This document shows, piece by piece, positions 1-13,567 of a stretch of DNA of 64,000 nt. The stretch's first letter is position 1. Each line of letters begins with the position of its first letter. The notes below the pieces were generated by a model. It searched no databases, was not told the DNA's origin, and was given only the letters and a program-made list of their open reading frames with translations. This stretch comes from Raja brachyura (taxonomy: Eukaryota), in contig OY740811.1 of the NCBI GenBank assembly GCA_963514005.1, positions 28,086,001 through 28,150,000 of the forward strand, in the 5' to 3' direction. The translations under genes were made by a program, and so were the position numbers.

Positions 1-2239
1 AATAAATTAATACTCTAAGTCTAATCTAGCTTGCTGCATGTTGTAGCAGCAGTCAGCGAACGTGCTGCACTTCATGTCACTCCCTTCTGCGTGACTCCCT
101 TCAGCACTCCAGTAGATTGATATAATCTGCACAATCCCTCTATTGTTTAAACTCCTGGTGTTGGTTCTTTTTCAATTTATGGACATATTATTTTAATTTC
201 AGTTTTAACAATGAGTTTCTATTTAAAGGAGAGGGAATGAAATATGACACAGCTGGAACCAGATGCAAATATTATTTAAAAACATAGTACCACTTGGTTG
301 TGATCTTGTCTGTTAGAAAGTTATGGGCTCAAGAGACATGAGCAACATGAGCAATCTCTCCAGAGACATGAGCAATATAATCTGGATTAACATTCCAGTG
401 CTGTTGTAAGGGACATTCTGTTGTCATTTTCTTTCAGATTAGACAATAAATGCAGCTTCTGTCTCGTATCTCAGGTGGATATAAATATTCCCAAGGTATT
501 AATTGGAAGAAGCACAATTGCCCTCATTGCCCTGACCTATAATTATAATTATTTCCCACACAACATAATTTAAAATCTGGTTTGCTCATATCACAATGTG
601 TTTATAGAAGCTTGCCACTTAGTTAGCTGCTCTAATCCTACAGTAGCAACTGGATGTCAAAAACACTTAATTGCTATTAAACACGTTTGAATGTTCTGAG
701 AGCAGAAGTTAATACAAGGCCATTGGTTTAACCGTTTCAAGACATGCTTAAGTATAAACGCATCAAGGTGCAGAGAATAAGACAATGTTCCTGGATTGAA
801 ACAAAATAAATTGGTGAACAATTGTAGGAAACACCATTGAGACCTAACATCAGACTAGAGCTTTGAATTCCTACAGCTCTTTCACTTAAGTACTGATTTA
901 CCAATTAAAGCACTGACCCTCTAATTTGAAAAGAACTGAATAGATTCCTTGGGTACACAAAATGCTGGATAAACTCAGCGGGTGCAGCAGCATCTATGGA
1001 GTGAAGGAGATAGGCAACGTTTCGGGCCAAAACCCTTCTTCAAAGCTCTAGTCTGATGTGTACCCTCGATTTTCCTGCATCTGCAGTTCCTTCTTTAACA
1101 CTGAGTAGATTCCTTGACAGGTAGGTGCTAATCATTGTATTTTTCTGACTTTTGGGAACATTTAAATATGTTTTACTATTTATGTAAATAAATGCTTTTG
1201 TTGTTTATTGTTATTGGTGGATTTATCCTCTGCATATTTTTGGTTATTCCGTCTTGTGTTCTCCATCATAATCTCTGTGCAATTGTTCATGTATTTTTTA
1301 TTTCCGTTCTCCCTCAGCTTCTCTCTATTTCAGTTATCCTCACTCTCTGTATCTCCTACTTTTTCACAATCTCTCCATATCTTATACCCTAGTCCTTTTG
1401 TCCTTTTCTGTGTATTTTCCTAATTTCCATCACTGATTGTTTTCTATTATTTCTTCTCATTATTTGCTCCATTTTCTTTTGTTGGTATTTTTTCTCATTT
1501 TCTGATACTTTTGTTGCAGGTATTTTTGTCTGTCACTATCTCTGTTCCTATCAGTCCTTCCTCTCCTTAAACCAGTTGTACCAGTCCACTCCCTCTCCTG
1601 CCTTTGAGCTGCCCTAAGCAAAACCCAGTAACAGCCTCACACCTTCCTTTTTTTTTAGGACATAATGTTCTGCCTGCTTTTGTTAGGTTTGTCCTTAAAG
1701 GAATCACTAATACTCCAATCAACTATATTGACTTTATATTCAGGAGTGAACTAATGCTGTTATGGAGAAAGGTTTTTGTCAATCTTTGGCTCTCAATTCC
1801 CTTGCAACACAAGTCCAGCCTTTAACCCTTTTGCTGCTGTATTTCATAAGAACTGTGATTTCAGTCATACTTCTATTTCTGTGATGTCTGTAAACCTCTG
1901 TTTTAAATCTGCACATTAAACTAGGTCCCAATTCTGAATGCTTGATTGGTTTTTAAAATCCAAAGCAGCTGCAGAAGCATAACTAAAAAGTTGGAAGTGT
2001 AGTTCAACATGTTTTTAAGTATTGCTCAAAACAGCTGTGAATTCCCATCAAAATTCATTGAAGTTCTGGCAGCCAGAGGGTGGGAAAAGGTAATCAATTT
2101 CTCCACTGCATTGTAACGAAATGTGAATCCTCCTCTGCCCCCACTATTTAAAGCAGTGGCTGGGTTGGGCATTAGTGCTTTAGTACATCTGTACACAAAC
2201 ATTCTTCTGGAATATTAAAGCATGACTGTGGCTATTTTA

Positions 2240-2920
2240 AAAACATAAAACATGGAACCATACAGCACAAGAGCAGGCCCTTTGACCCACAATGTCTTTG
2301 CTGAACGTGATGCTAAGACCATCATTTACCGACCTGCATATAATACATATCCCCTCCATTCCCTGCATATCCAAAGTCCCTTAAATGCCACTATCGTATA
2401 TGCCCCAACCACCAACCTCAGCAGTGCGTGCCAGGCATTCATCGTCCTCTGTGGGGGGAACAAAGCTTGCCCAGCACAATTCCTTTCAATATTACCCTCT
2501 CATCTTAAAACTATGTCCTCTATTATTTAATTTATCCATCCTGGGAAAAAGGTTCTGACTGTCTACCCTATCTACGCCTTTTAGAATTTTATGTATTTCG
2601 ATCAGGTCTCCGCGCAACATCCAGCATTCCAGAGAAAATAATCTGTCTGTCCAACCTCTCCCTGTGCTAATACCCCCTAATCCAGTCATCATTCTGGTAA
2701 ACCTCTGCACTCTTTCCAAAGCCTCCACATCCTTCCTGTAACGGAGCTATCAAAATTGCACGCAATGTTCCAAAAGTAGCCTAACCAAAATCCTATAACA
2801 CGACATCACGACTTCCTGACTTTTATACTCAATGCATGCCATATGCCTTCTTTATGATTCTATCTACTTGTGCTGCCACTTTCTGGGAATTATGGACTTG
2901 GACCTCAAGTTCCCTCTGTA
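2240..2920 (-). mobile_element. CR1-type LINE 3' fragment
   Basis: ALERVQRFTRM...LRGDLIE...RGHSFK; 3' UTR shared with other copies in the window. Confidence 0.85.
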
Positions 2921-5239
2921 TAAAAGTGGGACAACTCATGAAAGAAAGGAAGCAAAAAGAAAGGAGAAAATGTAATAGTTATCAATTGCAAACACATATA
3001 TTTGACAAGCAAAACAAAATTACCATCTTAACCAGTTAATTCCTTGTAGGCCATCAGTAGTTTTACTGTGGATAAGTCCAAGTTAGGCATTTGGCACATG
3101 CAAGACTGACATCAGAGAGAATATGAGGCCAACTGGACTCATTGTTTGTTGATGGTTAAGCTTAATCTCAGCCTGCGGATCATGCTCAACATTTATTGGG
3201 TTATAGAATAAAAATATTATACATTCAGGATTAATTGCCAACCTCATTCAGAGAAGACGCAAACATAAATGGAGTAGGAAAAGGAAATGTTAAAATTACC
3301 TGGTATCCATTGATTTGATGAAAGTTAGATATAAAGCACATTTTTAAAGCGAGGAAAGGGAGCATCTAGCCTGGGCCATGGCTGACTTGGAAATGTTTAA
3401 TGATGAAGTTGCTTTTGCACCAAGAGTGACATCTATCACTCAAATGAAAGCAAGCACAAGCCTAAATTCTGAATTCTATAATCTATTATATACTACTAAC
3501 TCCCACGCTTTAGTTTGTAGCTTCTATATTGTTCTTCTTCGGTCTCTTCAACAATTTTCTTCAGAGCAGACCAATAAAATGTTGTTCCTCTTCAGTTTAT
3601 TTTTTTTTTTAAATCATATATTCATATATTACTCAAAATAGATAACTGACCAATTAGGGGTAATAATGAAACGTGTTTCATTTGCAAACAGCATTGCAAA
3701 AGCCACCGAAAACTATTCACTGGGTATAAAACATGTTTATAAATCCATCAGGTCATATTTGTATGACGTTACACATTACAATTGTATTTTTAGAAATGTA
3801 ACTAATATTCTGTGCACTAATTAATTTGTCGATTTTTATTTATTTTCCATGGCAAACCTTGACAAACAACCATGTTTCTTTCCCTCCTTCTTTAGAATCA
3901 CTGATTCTTCTTAGGATACCCATGACATGTGTCTCTCATACCTTATGCAGGAAGCCAAGCTATGGCTGCTCATGTAAACAAACTTTTTTGTATGGTCTAT
4001 CCATACCTGGATTGTGCTTGAGAAATGCTACATAATGTTTGCCAGGATTGGAAGGTTTGCTAGACAAAGAAAAATAGTATTACTATTGCAAGCTTCTAAT
4101 CAGTGAGAAAAAAGTAGGCGTTGACATGTAGGCTTACGCATACACAACAATTATGCAGATACAGAGATATACACACAAGCACAGATACACAGACCCACAC
4201 ACAATCTGATATGAAATGCATTTATTTTAGTGACAAGCTTGCCCATATACTCTTCACATTCATCCAGGTTGTTAAAGATAGAGAAGGTGGGGAGGATTTA
4301 GAAAATGGTTTGTTGTACAAAATAGCCAGGGAGAGTGAAGACATACATTTATTTACATGCAAATACCTATACAAATACATGTCAATGTACCCGCTCCTGA
4401 AGGCAATACTGCACGCCAAGATTATTTTTTTCTGGAGGAACTCAGGGGGTCAGGCAGCATCGATGGAGTGAAATGGACAGATGGGATTTTGGGTCAGGAC
4501 TCTTCCTCTGACAGTTTAAAAACTTTTGCATTCATTTTTGCAAATTTTAAAGTAACCTTTTATGGCCTATACCTTTTATGCATAGAATTGTTAATATCTA
4601 GAATGTGCTGCCAAAGGAGGTGTGGTGTCAGATACAATTACTACCTTTGCAGGCATTTAAGAAAGACATTTAAGTAGGCAAGGCATAAACGCACACAGTT
4701 CTAGTATAGATGGGCAAAGAGATCAGCATCGACATGGTTGGCCGAAAGGCCCCTTTCTCTGCTATAAACCTCTGTTACAAAACTAGATGAACGGACCAAA
4801 CGTTTAAATGCTCCTCTGGCACGTTGTGTCTTCTTTTGTATCTACATTTCCTTGTTTCTACTTTAAACATTTAAACGTACTGATACATGAGTCTTGTACC
4901 AATCTAAAAGCCACATTGCCAGGCAACATAAAACAGAAGACATGGACACAAGGAACTGCAGATGCTGGTTAATTAAAAAAACTTAAGATCGATGTTGTTT
5001 CAATTTGCCTTTGTACATTGGCTTCTGCAAGGCTTAAGTTATTTTGATGGACATGGTGGACCCCACTAAATTAAATTCACAATAAAACTGGCTTCACTTA
5101 TCTCTTCATTGCTACTTTTTCAGGTTAGTGTTAAATGAGGATAAAGGACGAGTAGTCACAATTTTTAATTTGTGGTTTATATTTTCCCTTTTTGTAGATA
5201 ATTCCTCTTTAAGGCAGAGGTAAGTAAGTGTGCTGACTG

Positions 5240-5330
5240 TAAGCCGTGGGCGGGAGGAAGACGTCCTGATAATGACATCAGAATTCAGAGCCCGCCTTTA
5301 TTAAGCAAACTGCGGAGCATATTGCAACAG
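5240..5330 (+). promoter_or_regulatory. Probable ERRFI1 core promoter
   Basis: Local CpG enrichment; GC boxes GGGCGG 5248-5253 and CCCGCC 5291-5296; CRE/ATF-like TGACATCA 5273-5280; TATA-like TTTATTAA 5297-5304; C/EBP-like ATTGCAAC 5321-5328; strong splice donor about 170 nt downstream. Confidence 0.6.
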
Positions 5331-5479
5331 AGAAACATTTAATTAGACTGAGGAGCTAGACCGAGGAAGAGATGAAAAGCAGCCTGCAGAAATGTTGATG
5401 TATTCACTGCTGTACTGAGCCGGGACGATTGAAGAATTTACGCCGGATTTCCTGCCCCATGAAATCCATCAAGAGGTAG
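5330..5479 (+). other. ERRFI1: Probable non-coding exon 1 of ERRFI1 (start approximate)
   Basis: Follows the promoter motifs and ends at tandem donors AG|GTAG|GTAAGT (GT at 5476 and 5480); vertebrate ERRFI1 has a non-coding first exon and a long first intron. Confidence 0.55.
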
Positions 5480-7982
5480 GTAAGTTTCTCGCCATTCACT
5501 GTTCTCCGTTGTCTCAGTTCGCTCGTTCCGAATATATTTGATCGGGAAAGCTCGCTCACAAATTCCATATTAAAATTATTTCTCATTATTTTATCTAAAT
5601 CATTCCGGCTTCTGATTAGTTTGCTGCAAATTCCTTTGTTAAAACTGCAATATTTTCCAAGTAACTCGACACGATATCGTGTTTATTGCGCTGCCAAATG
5701 AACAAAATGCCCTATAAATCATTAGCCTTGAGCTACTCCGATCTGTTTAATATATAACCCGAACTTGCAAGTGTTATACACCATTTCAAAATTGGTTCCA
5801 AAATAATTGTTATTGCAAAAATGTTGCAAGAGAATGGTTAAAATTAACTTTATTAAACTTGGTGTAGTATTAATTACGAGACCTTTTGTAAAAATAAAAA
5901 TATTACTACAATATTACCGACCTTAAGATGTGTGCATCGGATAAAATACGTGTTTCTGAGTTAGAGAGTAGAATGACTTGACCGGTACCTGGAGTTGGAC
6001 AGACACTGGCCTCCAGGTCTGTCTAACTTAATCTATATGCTTCCTCCTCAACTGATTGCTTTCAACCAGCAAATGGTAGAGATAATGTTCAAATCTATCT
6101 GCGATTGCGATAGATTTGTTATTAAAGGTCAGTGAAATTCACAACTCGATTCTTCCTTCTCATGTATGCTGTGGCATTGTAAATCTTTTTCCGCCTCTCC
6201 AGTAGCAAGCCATCCAGGTTTGGAAACAGTCCAGTGAATAAAGATTTAAAGTGACATACTCGCCTCTGTCCGTTTCCTGCAGTTGCCCCCTTTTTAAAGC
6301 AGTTTGTTTACAAGAGGCAAACGATACAGTCTAAACCGTCTGCACTATGCTTTTCTTGGATTTGTTCCAAAATACTCAAATGCATTACATTTTCAGATGG
6401 TAACTAATTTTTCTAATCCCCTGAAACACACACTAGCTTTGAACACATGGCACAAACACATTTTTAAAACTGAAGACAACTATATATGATGCTCCTGGGT
6501 TGCCCCGAAGAAATGCTCCAGTACTAATTGGATGAGAAAATATTTAGATAGCAACTTAAAGCATGTGTAGGAAGGAACTGCGGATGCTGGTTTAAACCGA
6601 AGATAGACACAAAATGCTGGAGTCACTCAGCAGGACAGGCAGAACACTTAAAACATTTGTTCTGGTAGTGGCATGGTGCCTGACTATCCTACAAACATAT
6701 CTGTTTTCCTGCCGGATACAGTTCTCCAGTTGCTTACTGCCCCAATATCCCAAATGAGTCATTGATTTTCATGTGGGAATTTAAACAGGAAAGCTCATCA
6801 GGGGTCCAACTGGTGGAGTGCGCATAGCATCCCGACTTGTGTAACTAACACTTTTTAAAGAAGGTTGCAGGATAGTAATACAATGTAGGTACGTTGACTA
6901 ATTTCTATCACCCTTCTCTAACCTCAAAACTTTTTGGATGTGCAGTTGCAGGAATAATTACCCAGATAACACAAATTCAAATTACTTTACTCAAGGTAGC
7001 TTGAGCATTTTCTTTTAAATTAAGTTTGTTTCAAATTAAAATAATGTAATCATAAATGACAAAATACTGTACTCTGGGGAGAGGGGAATGCAGTATTTAA
7101 TTGACCACAGGGGAGTGTATCATTGAATAGAACACCATAAAAAGGCACTGTTTACCTTGCCATGTTTGTAACAAATCTTCGAGCTATCCAATTAATATCA
7201 CTCTTAATATTTTACTTGAGCACTGCAAATTTTTTCTTTGTAATTAAATTTTTAACCAACATCTTGTTGAAGTGCATTATTATATTTCAATCTTTCTGTT
7301 TAAAAAATAAAAAAATAAAAAACATTTTGAGAAGAAATATCACTTATGGATATGTTCAGCAGTTCTGAGTTTGTGTCATCTGCATTTTGTTTTTCCTATT
7401 GGTATCAATAAACTGCAACACCCCAAATCAGTAATGTAAAACATTATTGGTGTTATTACTCATACTCTGACTGGTCTTGCAACAATAACATAGGAAAGCT
7501 CTGCTCTGCTAACATAATGGAGATTGAAAAGATGTATTCAATACTAAGATGCTGCAAGCTTCTTTCTCGCCCGGGTGTAACATATCACCTGGAATCAGCA
7601 TTTCTTTCTCCTCTGATGGCTCATCATGTGTTTGATTTAATGGATACAAGCACGTTAATCCAACTGAAGTAGCTTCTGGGATGCACAAAGCCTTGCTTCC
7701 ATGGTGCTTTAAAATGAGGGGAGAGGATGTAAAATTTGAGGGTTTTTCTGAACCTTTAATTAATAAAGCTAAACCTATTGCTGGCAGCAGCTCGGCTCCA
7801 GAATTAAGCATTGTGTGTTTTGCCTAGAATTATATTTCTAAACTGAGTAGCTGCTGTCAGCATTAGAGATCTTTTCCTGTTGGGTTGTACTGACTTTGAT
7901 TTTGGTGAAATGATTGCAAATGTGGCATTACTGTCTGGCAGTTTTGGTAATAATATAATGTATAAAGAGAGGATGCGTGTTT

Positions 7983-8375
7983 AAGAACATCAAAACAGTA
8001 CAGCACAGGAACAGGCCCTTCAGCCCACAATATCCATGTCGATCATGATGCTAAATTAAGCTAGTCTCCTCTGCCTGCACGCAATCCTTAGCCCTCCATC
8101 TCTATATATCCATGTGCCTATCCAAAAGCCTCTTTAATTTCACTATTGTATCTGCATCCACCACCACGGCCTCTGTAAAATTATGCCTAAACCTATGTCC
8201 TCTGGTCTTTGATATTTCCACTCTGGGGAAAAGGGTTCTGACTTTCTACCCCATCCATACCTATTCTGGCAGTATTCTGGTGAACCTCTTCTGCACCCTC
8301 CACATCCTTCCTGCAATAGGGTGACCAGAATTGTACGCATTATTCAAAATATGGCCTAACCAAAATACTATAAAG
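7983..8375 (-). mobile_element. CR1-type LINE 3' fragment
   Basis: Colinear similarity to the 2240-2920 copy. Confidence 0.75.
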
Positions 8376-10054
8376 TTTGTTTAGTTAGATTAAAGGTATG
8401 TATATGGATCCTTGGTATCCTCTTTGGATGTGTTTTAAACTTGTGGCAGTTTTCTCCTCTCCCATTTTATCTCCTACAATCTCAGATTGCTGCTTGCTCT
8501 CCTCAGGAACTTTGCCCATGTAAGACATATTTACCATGTATACTTGAGATGCTGTGACAAGCGATTTAATCATTTTAGACCATGTTTTCTTTCACCTGAA
8601 ATTCAATAAGATCACGATCAAACATGGAACAAGAACCCTGACTGAGAATTCTTCCCTTTCCTAGCTCATACTGGTTGTTTGTTACGCTATCTAATATACA
8701 AGAATCGGCTAATTAAATTATAAATTCAAGAGGAACGAGGCAGGTGGCTTAAAGCCAGATTGTAAAAAGCATTTGTCAGGCAGCATCCATGGAGGAGATG
8801 GATATTTGACACTTTGGGTCGGGACTCTTGTTCAGACTGATGGACCCGCTGAGTTCTTCCAGCAGCTTGTTTTTCTTGCCCAAGATTCCAGCATCTGTTG
8901 TCTCTTGTGAATCTAGTTAACCTTGATCTCTGTTTAAAGCATATTGGGTTCAAAAAGGTTTAAATAATTAACGATAGAACCAGGAAAATATATAATTCAT
9001 CTGATTCCGTTTGGTGATAATGCAGTGTTTAACTAGTTTGAGGATGTTCATTTAACCCACTGGGGTCCTCATTGTGTTCCACTGTGCAGAAAGGGAATAG
9101 CATCCTGAGAATCATAATGCTGTGTTTCCGTCCTCTGCATTTTCCTGTAGAGGTTCATCTATATTTCATGGTGAGTTGCCATACTGGCTCAGTGCATTGG
9201 ACTTGGTCTGTTAAGGTAGCGTGACTGGAAGGTCTGGGTAGTCAATTGTGCAGTGTGCTCTCTAAGTTTCTAAATTGTGCACAGCACATGCAGAAACTCT
9301 CTATAAGTTTTCTTGACTAGTGATATTGCTCTTCATCTTTAACTCTATTTACGGATAGCAATCTCTTCCCCCCCCCCCCCCCCCCCCCCCGGCATCCATC
9401 TGAATGTTCCACATGCTCTCTGCATCTTCATTTCTAGCTGGTATAGTTTTCCTGTGTAACTGATGGAGAGGAAGTGAAGTCACTACTTGTGTGTTGATGA
9501 GTAGAGTTACTGTAATCTGCCACTCCCTTTGACATCATTCCCCTTTCTACCAAAAGGTTACACACTGTCCTTTAAAAAGTAGAATTCTAAAATTTGTGCC
9601 TCTGCCTAGAAAGGAGGCCTGGTCCTTTTGTAACTGAGGATCCCAGAGACTTCTATTTAAAGCCGAGGCGATCAAATATCTGGATAATATAGGAAAGCGT
9701 ATTAACGTAGTTATCGAAAGTAGCACCAGATTATTTAAACCATTGAAATATGGGCTTTAGCAATCCACATCAGAAATGAACCTTGTTTCATGTCGTGGAC
9801 ATGTCAGGAAAAAGCAGTGAGGTTGCTTCTTACCTTTTTTCTATTCCCTCTTTTTGTATCAATATTATCATGGTCAGTGCTGATTTGCCCCTTTCCTGAG
9901 ATCCAAATCCATTTGTTTATCGTAATCATAGCTAATTTCTTCTACATTTTCCAGGATCTCAAACGTAATTTAATTTTGGAGAAGGATTTTTCCATACCAG
10001 ATGCTAATTTAAAAGGAGCATGAAGCCTCACTCTAAATATTTTACTGTACCAAT

Positions 10055-10345
10055 CTTAAGTTTAAGGTGAAAGGGAAAAGATTTGGCAGGAATCTGAGGA
10101 GTAACTTTTTCACACAAAGGGTGGTGGGTGCATGGAACAAGCTGCCAGAGCAGGTAGTTGAAGCAGGGACTATCCCAATGTTTAAGAAACAGTTAGACAG
10201 ATACAGTGCATGGATAGGGCAGGTTTTGACGGATATGGATCAAGCTTGCGGGCAGATAGGACTAGTGTAGCTGGGGCAAGTTGGCCGGTGTAGGCAAGTT
10301 GGGCCATAGGGCCTGTTTCCACTCTGAATCACTACAACTCTATGG
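10055..10345 (+). mobile_element. CR1-type LINE 3' end
   Basis: RSNFFTQRVVGAWNKLPEQVVEAGT...FKKQLD. Confidence 0.85.
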
Positions 10346-11859
10346 CTCTAATCTTCTAACTGTAATTCACTTTATCTGTTTTCCATTTTCAGTTCTTCAA
10401 TGACCAATATAAATTTTGGTCAAAGGGTGCCATTGGAGGCACATATTGGGCTACAAAATGAGCAGTATAGTTAAAAGAAAGCCCACCCCTCTGCCCCATG
10501 TGGGTATACAGGGTTGTTGAATTCTTGCCTATGTCCTGTCTCCCTCCCCCCCCCCCCCCCCCCCCCCCAGCAAAATACAAATTAAAAATGTAAATGCTTA
10601 GTCCTTCAAATAAAACAGAAAATTGTGGATTTAAAGCACAGGTTAGTTAGTACCTATTATAAGTAAGGTGTGTTTTGGCTATGTCTGTAGATTTTTTTTT
10701 TATCAGAACCCACTCGAGGAAATTCCAACCATTCGAGAGTTTTTGTTACAAGGCACAGAAACTGGTCTTTTTAACCATTGAGATTGTGCAGGCCATCGTG
10801 CACCCATTTATACTGATCCCATGCATGTCCCTTTTTTAAACCATTTTCTTCTTGCACTTGGGCAATTAACCTCCAAACTGCATGTCTTTGGGATGTATGT
10901 TGGTTTATGAGATCACTTGGTTCTATTGCATTCTGTTTTTGCTATTTAGCAAAAAACAGTCCAGTGTTGTAGTTTTAAATGTGCCTGGTTCTACACGCAG
11001 CATGTCCTTGTGTATTCTTTAAACCAGGGTTGGGCCTCTGGCTTGATGGAAATGATGGTGTGAGGATGTGGTAAACTGTGAGATTACAGATTATGATTAC
11101 CCATTTATCCCAGTTTATCCCATTTAACGTGATTTTAATGCTACACAACATTGTCGAGATACAAGGAACTGCGGACGCTGGTTTGTGAAAAAGACACAAT
11201 GTGCTGGAATAACTCAGTGGGCCAGGCAGCATCAACATCCCCCTCCCTCCCCCCCTCGCATGTATCCACCCATCAACACTTGCCAGGCTTTGTTTTGCCC
11301 CACCTCTTTGCCAGCATTCTTCCTCCCACCCCCCCCCCCCCCCCCCCCACCATAACCACAATCAGTCTCAGGAAGAATCGCGATACATAACGTCTCCTAT
11401 CCATGTTCTCCAGACATGCCGGCAGACCCGCTGAGTTACTCCAGGACTTTGCTTTTGATAGAGTTTGCCCTGAGAATGTGGACATGGGGGCTTTGTTTCC
11501 ACAAGGACTAAGTTATGGTCACTTCTGCCAATACTGTCATTGACAAATACATTCTTTGAGATAAATTGCTGAGGATAAAAGCAAGATTATTCCTTGTGTT
11601 GATTTCATCTGATTACCAGACATGTCTTTTCTCAAATCAGAAAAATCTTAGATTATTGATAAAGTACTATACCTCAGGATTTCCTCAAGAGCTCTACCTT
11701 GATAGTGTGAAGAGAGTACTGCAGCTATTGGTTGTGACTACAGAATAATGATTGGATGAATAATTCAAGACTTGTTTTTTGTCAAGGAATGCAAGACTCT
11801 GTTAACTTGAAGAGAGCACACAGACTTTAAAGGATTGGTGTCTTCTCTAAATTGCCAAC

Positions 11860-11981
11860 ATGTCGAGTGCTGGACTAGCAGCGCAGGAGATCCACAGTCC
11901 ACTGAGTAATTGCTTCATGCATGGTACTCATGGTGTCATCAACAACAAAAGCTGCTGGAATCAGTCAAGTTCCTTGGACAA
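11860..11981 (+). CDS. ERRFI1: ERRFI1 (MIG6) first coding exon
   Basis: MSSAGLAAQEIHSPLSNCFMHG...CWNQSSSLD resembles the MIG6 N-terminus (human MSIAGVAAQEIRVPL); acceptor AG 11785-11786; donor GTAAGT at 11982; phase 2. Confidence 0.93.
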
Positions 11982-12599
11982 GTAAGTCGCTCAACAGGGT
12001 ACCATTTGGTTTTGGAGGTGGTATCTTCATTGATGAGGAAGGTAGTATGATGTAGTGTGGTGCGGTTTTACCTTCAAACGCCTTTCTGTGAAAGCATATG
12101 AGGTTTCATTGCAAACATATTGGGTAATTATCATGCTAAGGCCTGAGTTTGGTGGTGTTGGGATCGGGGCTGATCTAGAGTAAATTAAATTCACTGTAAT
12201 TGCTGAAACTAATACACTGAATGGGAAGCATGACCTTCCACAAAAAGCCATTGGGAAAATGGAGAGGACTAGACTTGATTCATCAATCACATAATAAACA
12301 ATGCACAATAAGATTATATTGTCATGTCAGTTGTGCTGATACTTTAAAGGACCTCCATCAGGGTTCAGACTGGTAAATTAAGATCTTGTTACATCAATAT
12401 GGGATTTTGCTGTGCAGAGTAAAATAATAAGGCTGATACCTAAGATGAGAGGTGGGTGGGGTAGAATTAGTTGTGAATGTGTTTTGGGACTTTCAAGCCC
12501 TTTTCAAGTATTTTTTTTAACAGCTTTGAAAAAGTAACAGTCATCAGTACCATCAGGTTTCCCAGGACTCATTTGAGGAATAATTTTGATATAATGGAA

Positions 12600-12787
12600 A
12601 GAGAGGGTTCAGTGGATTTAAGAGAGAGCTGGATAGAGCTCTAGGGGCTAGTGGAGTCAAGGGATATAGGGAGAAGGCAGGCACAGGTTATTGATAGCAG
12701 ACGATCAGCCATGATCACAATGAATGGCGGTGCTGGCTCGAAGGGCCGATTGGCCTCCTGCACCTATTGTCTATGTCTATGTTTCTA
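12600..12787 (+). mobile_element. CR1-type LINE 3' tail
   Basis: Same tail as 27553-27725, 59640-59825 and, inverted, 17110-17280. Confidence 0.75.
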
Positions 12788-12909
12788 AGGCTGCTGTCTT
12801 GGAAGGATGGGATCAGAAGAGATCAAAAGGGAAAACCATTTGTGTTTTACTGATGGGCAGTTCATGCGGATATTTGAAAAACCTTTTTTCTGTGATTTTT
12901 ATTTTTTAG

Positions 12910-12995
12910 CACCTTCTTTGCAGACACCACGGCCATGACCTGTGCTCTGAATGCTGCTCCCCATAAACGGCCATACATTGTACCTTCAACCAACC
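12910..12995 (+). CDS. ERRFI1: ERRFI1 second coding exon
   Basis: ttttttag acceptor, GTACGT donor at 12996; (N)TFFADTTAMTCALNAAPHKRPYIVPSTN; phases 2/1 join the flanking exons in frame. Confidence 0.85.
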
Positions 12996-13567
12996 GTACG
13001 TATCTCACTTGAGTAGGGTAAATGTCTGAGAGTTTCTGTTTTATACATAAATTACTTTTGATAAAGTCTGTGAAGGTTTATTTTTTAATTATTTGAACAT
13101 GGGAGGGTGGGGGGGGGGGGGGGTTGTGGCTGCTATTGACAATGCCAACATTTATTGTACATTTTCAAATGGCCCTGCTCTAAGGAAGTAGTTGGGAGTC
13201 ACTCTGATTGTTGTGAGAAAAATTCACAGTTCAATAACCTGTGGGGGGGCTCAGGAAGACTCCTTATAACGATCATTAGTAGGCAATAAGCACCAGCCAA
13301 TAATGACAATTATTTTTGTTCCTCTGTGTTTGTTTGGTAAACTTTTTCTCCTACTTGTTATGATACTGTGAAACTATTTCACACAAACTGAGACAATCTC
13401 AGGCTCTGAGACCAACTCTTGGTTGGTCTTCAAAAGAATTATTGAGAGGGATGCTGATTAACCAGTGGCACTGGACCTCCGAACTCTGCAAAATGCAGAA
13501 GGATAGAGAGAAAGCTGTGACAGATTTTTAACATTTTAAAATAAAATCTTTTCCTCCCATTAAATAG

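Noticed and set aside
332-376. AGAGACATGAGCAA local duplication
   Set aside because: Ordinary slippage duplication with no functional context
2140-9665. CTATTTAAAG TATA-like sites (about 2144 and 9653) as alternative ERRFI1 promoters
   Set aside because: No convincing first exon or CpG support could be attached to them
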